Source of the DNA: Eledone cirrhosa
Taxonomy: Eukaryota
NCBI GenBank assembly: GCA_964016885.1
Contig: OZ024742.1
Coordinates: 321,098,001-321,162,000, forward strand
Length of the DNA: 64,000 bases
Reading direction: 5' to 3'
Shown here: in pieces, positions 37,201 through 48,139 of the stretch
Numbering within the stretch: position 1 is the first letter of the stretch
How the letters are laid out: each line of letters starts with the position of its first letter
Position numbers and translations under genes: made by a program
The notes under the pieces: model-generated
Seen by the model: only the letters and a program-made list of their open reading frames with translations
The model's database searches: none
Told to the model about the DNA's origin: nothing

Positions 37201-39090
37201 GTCGACCATCGATACTTGGAAGCGGTTCTCAAGGCGGCCGGTTTCGGTCCCGTGTTCAGAGGATGGATCGAGGCGATGCACACCAGCATCTGCTCGAGGG
37301 TCAAGGTGAACGGCTACCTATCGGAGCCGTTCGCAATCACGCGTTCCATTCGACAGGGATGCCCTATCTCCTCCACTCTGTATGTATTAACTCTAGAGCC
37401 ACTACTGCGGAAATTGGAGCTGTTGCAGGGCATCCCCCTAGAACCGGGACTGCGCAAAGCGGCGTCGGCTTATGCCGACGACGTGACAGTAATGGTGTCG
37501 AGCACCTCGGAAATCGGGGTGATCGGCAACATACTGAAAGAATACGAAACGCTGACAGGAGCAAAACTAAACCCAGACAAGTCTGTCGGTTTGCAACTCG
37601 GTACGTGGAGAGGCAAACCGATGACATCCGACAGCGTCGTTGGACGCTGGACGGACGGACCGGTAAAATTGCTCGGGGTCTGGTTCGGTCCAGACCTCCA
37701 GGTGGAGAAAAACTGGAACGAGGTCACGGCCAAGGTGTTTGCACTCACTCAGAAGTGGGCAGAGTGCAAACTGTCCTTGAAAGGTCGAGCGGAGGTGGCG
37801 AACACTTTCATAGCGTCCGTCATCTACTACCGCTTGACTGTCGTGCCTTGTCCCCGTGAACACCTCGCCAAGATGGAACGCATGCTCTTCCAGTTTCTGT
37901 GGAAGAAGCAGGCTCCGCTGGTGAGGAGATCCGTCTGCTGTCAGCACCCTTCCAACGGAGGGCTGGGAATGCCGTGGCTGATGATGCGCAAACATGCGCT
38001 GAGGCTGCGGCATCTCCAGGTATTCCTCACCGACCCCCAACCGGTGTGGGCACCGTTTGTGAGACAGGCTTTCCCACAGCTCGTCTCGCTAACGGAGCTG
38101 CAGTCCTGGGTGAAGAAAAGACCGAAAACGATGGGTGCCTGGCACATTGAATGCGCTCAGGCGCTCACAGTCCTCTGGCAAGCGGGCGCAGAAATCAGTG
38201 GAGACTCCACTTCGACATTCTATAGAGGGATTGTACGTTACAAGGGCGACGACGTGCTCGGAGAGACTCTGGGCGTCGAAGACGATGAGCTCACCAGTAT
38301 GTTTGGTAGGACTTTCCGCCCGGGACCTATGGACAACTTCCAGAGGTCCCTGGCCTGGCAGTGCTACCGAGGAGCTCTACCGGTTCGTGACAAGATCTAC
38401 AGGCACGGACGCCCTGGCAGGGATCCTTCCAATAAGACGTGTCCAAGATGTGCGCAGGACATTGAAACAGTTCTGCACGCAATTGTACACTGCCCGGGCG
38501 TAAGCGACCTGTGGAACTATGCAGAACAACTGCTGTCGCGTATGGGACAAATACAGTTGACTGCCGAGTCCATAGTAAGGATCAAATCGCCAGACTCTTT
38601 CAAAAACAAAAGAGAGGCGGTTTTCCTCTGTACGGTGGCTATGGTGAAAGAAGTTATATGGTGGACGAGGTTGAGAGGACTGAGGACAGATGCCTTTCTC
38701 TCCGGACAACAATTGATTCCATTCTTTAAGTATCACTTTAGAAGGAGAATCAGGGTGGAGAGAGAGGCACTGCACCCCAGTAAATTTACTGAAAGGTGGG
38801 TGAATGAAGCGAAAATGGCCCGAGTGATTGGGCCTTCTCTGTTTATAAGCCTATAGGTTGAGGAAGAGAGCAAAAGGAAGAAAGGAGCACTTGCATAACA
38901 CGCTCCTTGAGTTGAGGGTTGTTCTATCGACGGGGTATTAAACAACCCATTTGTGGCGCCTCCCCCCTATTGGGGATTTCGATTGTTGAAATTGTTTGTT
39001 TTTATATTTTTTACACGACTGTATGTAAAATCCCCGGCATGTCTTTGTATTGTCCCCTTTCTTGTTGCGCCCTTGTGGCTAATAAAGAAA
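37201..39090 (+). mobile_element. Tx1-like copy 5, 5'-truncated, diverged subfamily, frame open to its stop (37216-38856)
   Basis: RQGCPIS, AYADD, CPRC..E..HAIVHC; pure (CTAT)n immediately 5' and (TCTA)n immediately 3'. Confidence 0.92.
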
Positions 39091-39106
39091 TCTATCTATC
39101 TATCTA

Positions 39107-39173
<67 letters not shown>

Positions 39174-39327
39174 AGGGTGTGTGACGCTGAGTTACTGTAG
39201 GTTCACCCGGGGTCGGGCTAGATCGATACAGATCGAACCTTAATCTGATCAGTAGCAAAACGCGCGTCACCAATCAATAAACATAATGAAGGAGTAACCA
39301 TTCGTCCTTGTATTATTATTACTAACA

Positions 39328-39528
39328 GCGGTGGATTTGCAGTATCGGTAGAGGGTCAGACGCCTTGCTTTGCAGCAAAACGTTACGAACCTTTATGATC
39401 GGAGTTCAAATCCCGCCGAGGTTAACTTTGCCTTTCACGGGGTCGATAAAATAAACTACCAGTAATACACTGGAATAATTGCTGGCCTTGTGCCAAAAGT
39501 AGAAACAATTATTATTATTATTATTATT
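39328..39528 (+). mobile_element. SINE family A with (ATT)n tail
   Basis: GGAGTTCAAATCCCGCCGAGGTTAACTTTGCC..GGCCTTGTGCCAAAAGTAGAAACAATT. Confidence 0.85.
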
Positions 39529-42500
39529 GAGTTTGAACGGACGTCTTTTTGCTCGCTCCCGTAAGTTCACTTATTTACCTATCAAAACTGATTTATTGAA
39601 TTTTTGTTGTTGTGTAAGGCATACAAGCCCTTGGACTTTGCCCTGTGAAGGGGAAAGAATAATATTTGGGCCTTTTGGCCCAAATATTTGAACTTTTTTA
39701 CATTTTAAAAAAATTATCGAGAAAAAACAAAACAAAAAACATGTCTGAGCCACGCCCCCAGCGATATGTCTGCTGTCGTGCGACAACGACGTAGAAGTTG
39801 AGAGGAGCGCTACAGCGAAATTAACACAAATTGATAACACAAACACCACCACAAACAATGTAAACAAAGACACCAATGATACCAATGAGAACTCTAATTG
39901 TGAAAAAAATGACAGTAACAGCGACAACGAAAATACAGATAACAAAAAAAAAATGACAAATGCAACAACAATATCAACGCCACTAACATGAAAACAAATA
40001 GCGACAACAGCAACAATACCAACTGCACCGAGAACAACGGTTGCAACAAAGACAACAATGATAACAGCGACAGTGATAACAACACCAACAAGAACAACGA
40101 CAATGACAACACCAACACTTTAGCTGCGGCAGCAGCAAAAAAGAGGCCATGCTTCAACATGGACCTCTCAAACAAAGATCAAAAGTTGGCCCAGGCATGG
40201 AAGCTCATCAAGCAAGAGCAAACCTGGGCCAACTTAACTGTCCCGGTAGAAGCTATTGAGGCAGTGGAGCGCAGAACGGTGCATTATAGATGTATCTCAG
40301 CACAAACCAAAAAGGGCAGCTTTAATCCCACAAGCAGAAGTCGAAGTCGCGCTGAGGTGCATCAGAGAAGATACCCAATACATAGAGAGGGCAGACAGTA
40401 CGGCACTATTTCGGTGTTGTTCAAGTCAGAAGCCCTCGCTATGAAACACGCTATGACTCCTTGCAAAACCAGCAAGGTCATAATGTACCCCCTCCCACAT
40501 GGGAAAAAGAACGGCCCGTTTCCGCATTCCTAGAATCCCACCAGGACTTGACATGTGGTGGCTTCTGGGATGTGTGATTGTGGAGGGGACGGATACCGTC
40601 CCGATAGAAGTGACCAGAACAGCCAGAGAGGACTGGTCCGGGGTTGACCTGGAGATCCTTCTCCGGATCAGGCCCGAGAATGTGAAGACAATCCCGAACC
40701 ACATCCGCCTTCAGAATGGGACGGTCATTCATATTATGACCGAAGGCTAAAGGCCGCATTGTTTTGTTTGTGGGGAAAAAACCCATTTGCGAGCATTCTG
40801 CCCTCAACTACTGAAAGATGCAAGGGGTCGAAAGGCTCCACTGCTGCCGACGCCGGGGCGATGACCACAACCAACACCAGCACCGGCAAAACCACCAACA
40901 ACACCAATAGAAAGACCACCACCAACATTGACCACCCGGGGTGGGGGAAACGAGGAAAGCTGTCAAATTCCCACTCCCCCCACCCTCCAAATACACACAC
41001 CAATAAAACCATAAACACACACACAGACACACTTACAAACACAGACCCCTCATCTACCAGTAGTGAAGATGAAGAAAAACCAAAATCCCCCAAAATACAA
41101 AAAAGGAAACACAAAAAGAAAAAAAAAACTCAACAAAGCACAAAATCACCCACAATAAAACGCAGACACCACCCACGCAAACATCTCTCCAATAACACCA
41201 ACATCAACACCACCATCACCATCACCAGAATCCCCCAAACGCAAACAACCTAAACAGACGCAAGAACAAATATACACTCAAACATCTGAAACCACAGACA
41301 CCGCACTCACAACAAACACCGCACTCACAACAAACACAAACACAACCGAAACAACACCACCAAAACCATCACCACCACAGCCACGCAAAAAAATAAAATC
41401 ACACCAACAAAACATACAAAACTTCGTGCTCGTCTGGAGGGACAACAAGGAACTGATGGCCCTCGTAGCACGAAGTGAAAATATACAAAAAGATGGGGAA
41501 ATGTTTAAATCGAGCACATTTCGCGTGCCGGAAGATTTGTTTCTGGTGCGAATGTCGCTCGATATATACAAAGAAATACGAGACAGCTTTCCTCGGGACG
41601 TGGGAACCCCGAACGTAAAACCCACTTCAAGACTTTTAAAGGGGTTCCCAAAAGAAATCCCACCAACTATGGAGGTCGAACCACCCGACCTTCACAAGAG
41701 CCCGGAAGGTAAGTAAACCTTTCCTCTCTCTTTTTAACCTGCCAACATGGCCGTATTAAGAGTAGGAAGTTTAAATGTTCGATGCCTGGGATCGTCCTGG
41801 AAGCAGAATCACCTGCTCAACGACATCAGGTCTCTAGAAATGGATGTAATTGCCGTCAGCGAGACCAGGATTTACAACACGCGCGCACTAGCCCCCATTT
41901 TCGACGACTATCAGATCTTTGCATCTGTTAGCTGGCCGGGAATGGGAGGCGGGGTGGCAGTGCTGTTTAGGAAAGGCCTCGATCTCGAGGTAAGGTCGAT
42001 CTTCCGGGACCCGGACGGGATGTTGGTGGTCCTGGACGTGAACAATAACGAAGGTGGTGCCTTTAGACTGGTGGCCGTCTATGCTCCTACTGGGGCAGGA
42101 CGGCCGGACTTCTTTAGACGCCTGGCAGCCTTTCTGGGTACGTCTCGCCCTTTACTGTTAGCGGGGGACTGGAACGGCATCTTAGACGCACGATGGGACT
42201 GTGTGGGAGTATCCGATAGGAGCGGGGGGTGCAAAAGCCTCAAGAACCTGATCAGCCAGTTCCAACTATCTGACAGGTACCGACTAGATTTCCCTAATAC
42301 GCCAGTGTGGACCTGGACTAACCGCATAGGGTCATCTAGATCGTATATAGACAGGATATTCATTAGGAAAATAGACAGAAATAGTGTAAGCTGTCCACGT
42401 TTTGAAACGGTCGCCTATTTAGATCACAAGTTTGCGATCTGTAGGGTCGACCTAACACCCTGGCCAAAATCTTAAACTCTGTGTTGAGCAGAGTTATGGG

Positions 42501-43552
42501 CCTGAAATTGTCTAATGTGTCTCTCTTGTTCTCGTCTTTCCTTATCAGCGTCACTACGTCCCGGCTCACAGATGCCAGTCACCCAGTCTCGGTCTCTTCT
42601 TGACCCAGGACTGCAGCTCAGTCAAAGTGGCTGCGGCATCTTCAGATATTCTGCCTAAACGGTGAACAGGTGTGGTCGCCGTTTGTCAGACGGGCCTTTC
42701 TGCAGCTCGTTTCTTTGACTGAGCTGCAATCCTGGGTCAAGAAGAGACCGAGACTGGGTGACTGGCATCTGTGAGCCGGGGCGTAGTGACGCTGATAAGG
42801 AAAGACGAGAACAAGAGGGACACATTAGACAATTTCAGGCCCATAACTCTGCTCAACACAGAGTTTAAGATTTTGGCCAGGGTGTTAGCGAAGAGGTTGG
42901 CGCTTGTCGTCGGGGATTTGGTTGGGGAGGCGCAAACTTGCGCAATCCCAACCAGGTCCATACACGACAACCTCCACCTAATGCGATACATCATAGAGAG
43001 AGTAGGGTGTAAACCTGGCTTCGGTGGGGCTCTGATCAATTCAGATCAATCGAAAGCATTCGATAGGGTCGATCATCGGTTCCTGGAGGCTGTCCTCGAG
43101 GCGGCTGGCTTCGGCCCCGTCTTCAGAAGATGGATCGGTGTAATGCACAGCGGCACCTGCTCGATGGTCAAAATTAATGGCCACCTCTCGGAACCGTTTC
43201 AGGTCTCTCGATCGGTCCGTCAAGGGTGCCCTCTCTCCTCCGTTCTGTACGTATTAACTCTCGAGCCTTTACTGCGGAAGCTGGAGCTGTTGCAGAGCAT
43301 CCCGCTCGAACCGGGACGCGGAAAGACTGTGTCGGCTTATGCGGACGACATCACCGTGATGGTGTCGGACACCTCAGAAATCGAGGTGGTCGGCAACTTA
43401 TTGGAGGAATATGAAAGGGTGACGGGAGCAAAACTTAACCCGGAAAAGTCGGTGGGCTTGCAACTCGGCACCTGGAGAGGTAAGTCCATGCCGTCCAACA
43501 GCGTCGTTAGGCGCTGGACGGACGGACCGGTAAAGTTGCTAGGGGTTTGGAA
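39529..43552 (+). mobile_element. Older Tx1-like copy 6: frameshifted ORF1, APE, scrambled RT, 3'-truncated
   Basis: ORF1 remnants homologous to copy 4 (YGTISVLFK, MGKRT..WWLLG); APE 41747-42450; RT 42771-43550 with SKAFDRV, RQGCPLS, AYADD. Confidence 0.88.
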
Positions 43553-43595
43553 CAATCCTCAGAATCTTGCACGAGCACTCGGTAAGATTATATAT

Positions 43596-43792
43596 AGAGG
43601 GGGAGAGGTAGAACACTGGAAGGTAATATCCGTAGTGGTAGAGCACTCAGTCCATGGGACGAATTTGGTAGAAGTGGTAACACAACAGTTAGTTCACCAC
43701 ACCGAGAACAATTGTAACGACGAGTTGAAGATCCGCTAAGGTGTAACAATTGTTCTCGGTATGGTGAACTAACTGTTGTGTTACCACTTCTA
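43596..43792 (-). repeat. PLE-like terminal fold-back
   Basis: 43669-43718 inverted to 43744-43792; CTGAGTGCT tail motif on minus at 43642-43650. Confidence 0.6.
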
Positions 43793-43863
43793 TATATATA
43801 TAATTCCTTTTTGAATTTGTTTTGCGAGATTTCTTATCTAAAAATGTTTGTTGAAACAGATGT

Positions 43864-44179
43864 TGTTATACTTTGGGAGGGTCATCTGCCAATAAAAACA
43901 CACGCACCAGTTTTCTTTCACTTCAATTTATCATAAGTTTATTTTAAGTGACACAGCACACAAAAATAAGATGGTGTAGGACAGAACAAAAGAGAGACAC
44001 ACAAAATAAAAACCTAGTCACTGAGGAGGTCACAGAATGTGGGTCGAAAGAGCTTTGACAATATATAAACAACCTTCCGGTTATTAAACCAACCAGCCGG
44101 ATACTTATAATAAATTGAAGTGAACATCTACAGATGCGTGTGTTTTTATTGGCAGCATGACCCTCCTCAAGTATAACAA
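43864..44179 (+). mobile_element. ~315-bp element with ~43-bp inverted ends and an internal HHR
   Basis: TGTTATACTTTGGGAGGGTCAT..CACACGCA / TGCGTGTG..ATGACCCTCCTCAAGTATAACA; end homolog at 44675. Confidence 0.65.
44017..44059 (+). ncRNA. Minimal type I hammerhead ribozyme
   Basis: gtca CTGAGGA ggtcaca-gaa-tgtgggtc GAAA gagc TT tgac. Confidence 0.7.
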
Positions 44180-44183
44180 TATA

Positions 44184-44251
<68 letters not shown>

Positions 44252-44399
44252 TATGTGTAGAAGTAAACACAGTAAACCCGTGTCTAAAATTACGAGGGTA
44301 GATTACACCACAAATGTTATATATCATTCAACCTGAATCATATGGGATGTTACAAGATTTCTTACAAGATTTCTCATACATACCATATCAATAACCATT

Positions 44400-44495
44400 T
44401 CATCTCCCGGACAGACTAAAGATTTAATCTGTTTCGCCCTGAATGAATCGTGTTTGTAACAAGTAATCCGTAGGCATTTCGTCAGCAGGAGATAA
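44400..44495 (-). ncRNA. Type I hammerhead-like RNA with 10-bp stem I and long stem III
   Basis: Minus strand: ttatctcctg CTGACGA aat gcct..gggc GAAA cagattaaa-tc-tttagtctg TC cgggagatga; 3 extra nt before stem II. Confidence 0.7.
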
Positions 44496-45336
44496 GTCTA
44501 AATGCTACACAACACCTAAAGCTTACACCTCGTGCGTTGAAAGCCATATGCGGTGATAATGGTTATGCTAGAAATAATAGCCTATTTACACTCATTTTTA
44601 TAAGCTCAACAGATAAGGAGCCGAAATACAAATAAAATATAGAGTTAATAACTCTTATATATATATATATATATTGTTATGCTTTGGGAGGGCCATGTTG
44701 CCAATAAGAATTCAGAAACGAAATATATATATATATATATTTAGTTGATTCTATTGACTGATGAATAGCTTTTGTTAACTTATAACCATTCTGCTGAGAG
44801 CTTAATTCGTTTTGTGATATTTTGCATTTTTGCAATAATATACACATACTGAATTTCATCCGCCAAAAATAAGGGTTGCCTCCCTTGTCGAGCCCCATGT
44901 GGGTATCGGTAACGGTCATTCCTTGCCTGGCACTTGAACTAAAACCTGTTTAGAAAGTGACTTCCTTGTTCAATCAGCTTACCAAAAGCTTAACATTATT
45001 TGTCTAAGCGGACAGAACTTGATTTAGGAGTCGCAGAAACCCAAATGCTGGATTTTATCAACCATCCAGGGGTCCGGGTAAATTTTTTCAATCACATATT
45101 TTTTTATTTGTTTGACCCGAATTACTTGGTCGTTTCTATGGCTGTGCGGATAATGGTTTAACCATCGTCTCAGTGTGTTTGGCCTTTTAACGTATGTTGT
45201 AGCTCTGGTTCGTTAGAATTATTGAGCGCTTGCCACACATCTCGGAAGTGGTTTTTCGCTAATTCCAAAGCCGAAATACGATTCTCGCTAATTTGGTGCG
45301 TTATGGCCCACCTGGTTCCTTACCACATTTCTTCGT

Positions 45337-45367
<31 letters not shown>

Positions 45368-45381
45368 ATATATATATATAT

Positions 45382-45542
45382 ATAACAAGAAGTGTAAGTC
45401 AACAGGTAAAGTTAACATCGTTTATTCAAATTGAATAAACGATGTTAATTTTACCTGTTTACTTACAATTCTTGCTGTAAATTACTCCGGGGGAAACAGA
45501 CTCACCTGCACACATGTTGAGTGTTCTATCCAGCATAGTGAA

Positions 45543-45618
<76 letters not shown>

Positions 45619-45812
45619 TAACTTGAGTGTGTGTTGGGTGCTTACCGATACTTCACTATGCTGGTTAGAGCACTCAACGATGTGTGCAGGTGAGTCTGTT
45701 ACCTCCGGCGTAATTTACACCAAGAATTGTAAGTAAACAGGTAAATTTAACTTCGTTTATTCAATTTGAATAAACGATGTTAACTTTACCTGTTGACTTA
45801 CACTTCTTGTTA
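45382..45812. repeat. Nested palindrome: two inverted copies of a self-hairpin PLE-like terminus around (TA)n
   Basis: 45382-45545 inverted to 45648-45812; each copy contains a ~44-bp-arm hairpin centred on TTCAAATTGAA. Confidence 0.88.
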
Positions 45813-45826
45813 TATATATATATATA

Positions 45827-46000
45827 TATAGATGAGATTCTACAGGACTAGAACTGTTTCATTCTTTAGAAATCATCAGGAATCTAAAGAATGAAACAGT
45901 TCTAGTCCTGTAGAATCTCATCTATATTAAAACTTTTATACTCTGCAATGTATTGAGTACCTTACTTACTGTGGTTACCTCCGATTCAACCCGGAATAAC
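45827..46000. mobile_element. PLE-like terminal fold-back with HHR core on the minus arm (45841-45882)
   Basis: Minus strand CTGATGA tttctaaagaat GAAA cagttc; arms 45827-45870 / 45883-45926; tail as at 19378-19440. Confidence 0.6.
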
Positions 46001-46039
<39 letters not shown>

Positions 46040-46797
46040 CCTAGCTACATACCAATGTAACTATCTACTCAAGTACCTATCTATCTATATATCTATGTAC
46101 AGACCTACCTACATACATCCCTTCATATCTTATTTGCTATATAGCTATCACACCAGACGAGACTACACCACACTAAACTACACTACATTACACCACACTA
46201 GACTACATCACACCACACCACACAACACTACTCAACATTACACGGTACCACACTACACTACATTACACCACACCACTCTAAACCACTCTGTATCACAGTA
46301 TACCACACCACACTACACAATATTAAACCACACTACACTACACCAGACCACACGCACACCACACACACATCATATATACGCACCACGCACACCACAAATA
46401 CGCATACATGTATACAACCACACATAAACACACATACATACACACACAGCCGCCTACTTGACATGAGTTGTCACGAAATTTTCAAGTCAACCAGGTGTTT
46501 TTCAGTCCTTTGATAGTAACTATAAAATTCTCGTTCCTAACCAACAGTCACCAATATCAGTTTACATTCGTTTTCTTTCTAACAGTCGCCGATCATCCAT
46601 GAACTTTTCAGTGCATTGCAATATTAAATTATATATTATATATATTATATAAATATTTTACTATCTCGTACAGTGTTTCTATTGCAGCACTTTAACAAAC
46701 AAGTGTATATTGTGACATGTTTAATAGGAAACGGCTATTGCTTCATTTCACATATCTACTAACAAAAAATGATAAGTAAACAATATATATATATATA

Positions 46798-46888
46798 CAG
46801 GGTGTCGAAAAAGAATGTATACACACTTTGATTACCTATACAGGCAATATTTATTAGAATGGTGAATACACTTTTTTGGGACACCCGG
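46798..46888. mobile_element. Tiny Tc1/mariner-type MITE remnant
   Basis: TA-CAGGGTGTC..AAAAAG..TGTAT.CAC / GTGAATACACTTTTTTGGGACACCC. Confidence 0.55.
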
Positions 46889-47296
46889 CTGAGCTCTTGC
46901 CGTTTCGACGATGAGAAAGATAGATATTCATACATACAAACAAACATACATGGGACTTGCCTATGGCCAGCAATACCATACATCAGAAAAAATGTCACAT
47001 ATCAAGCGATGCCTGTGCTTGAAGCTTTTTTAAGTGAGGAAAGGCTTTGCACGAGGCCAATCCCTCTCTCTGAACATCGAATGCATTTACCCAAAAAGTA
47101 GAACTGGTCTACATCATTAGATGCAAACGAAGTCGCGGGTTTTCTATCAGAGTGACCTTCGAGGGAGATGTCTTAATGAAGACTAGGAGTCTCATGTTCC
47201 CCACCACCAAAAAAAAACCCCATCATCATCACCGCAACCGCCTCAACCAGCAGCAAAACAACCACCACCACCACTACCACCATCACCACCAAGACT

Positions 47297-47416
47297 AATA
47301 ATTGTTTCTACTTTTGGCACAAGGCCAGCAATTAACCCAGTGCATTGCTGGTACTTTATTTTATCGACCCCATAAGAATGAAAAGCAAAGTTAACCTCGG
47401 CGGGATTTGAACTCAA
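47297..47416 (-). mobile_element. SINE family A, truncated
   Basis: CTGGTACTTTATTTTATCGACCCC..AAAGTTAACCTCGGCGGGATTTGAACTCA. Confidence 0.8.
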
Positions 47417-47580
47417 GACTGATAATACATTAACATCACCAACACAAACATTATCAACAATCTCAACAGCAATAACATCCACATCACAATCAGTATCACC
47501 GCCACCGCTGCCACAAACACCGCCCTCACCAGTAACACACTCTCTTACGCCAATATAACCTCTACCATCACCACCACATG

Positions 47581-48139
47581 AATACATACATACAAACATA
47601 CATACATATATATTATACATATATACATAATACATACATACAAACATACATACATATATATTATACATATATACATAATACATACATACAAACATACATA
47701 CATATATATTATACATATATACATAATACATACATACAAACATACATACATATATATTATACATATATACATAATACATACATACAAACATACATACATA
47801 TATATTATACATATATACATAATACATACATACAAACATACATATATATTATACATATATACATAATACATACATACAAACATACATACATATATATTAT
47901 ACATATATACATAATACATACATACAAACATACATACATATATATTATACATATATACATAATACATACATATAAACATACATACATATATACATAATAC
48001 ATACATACAAACATACATACATATATATTATACATATATACATAATACATACATACAAACATATATACATAATACATAGAAACATACATATATATATTAT
48101 ACATATATACATAATACATACATACAAACATACATACAT
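47581..48139. repeat. 48-bp minisatellite built from CATA/TA units (resumes at 50658-50760 and 51371-51445)
   Basis: AATACATACATACAAACATACATACATATATATTATACATATATACAT, about 11-12 copies. Confidence 0.9.

Noticed and set aside
39175-39272. CTGA gttactg..cagtagc AAAA cgcgcg TC
   Set aside because: Resembles a decayed HHR, but both core boxes are broken.
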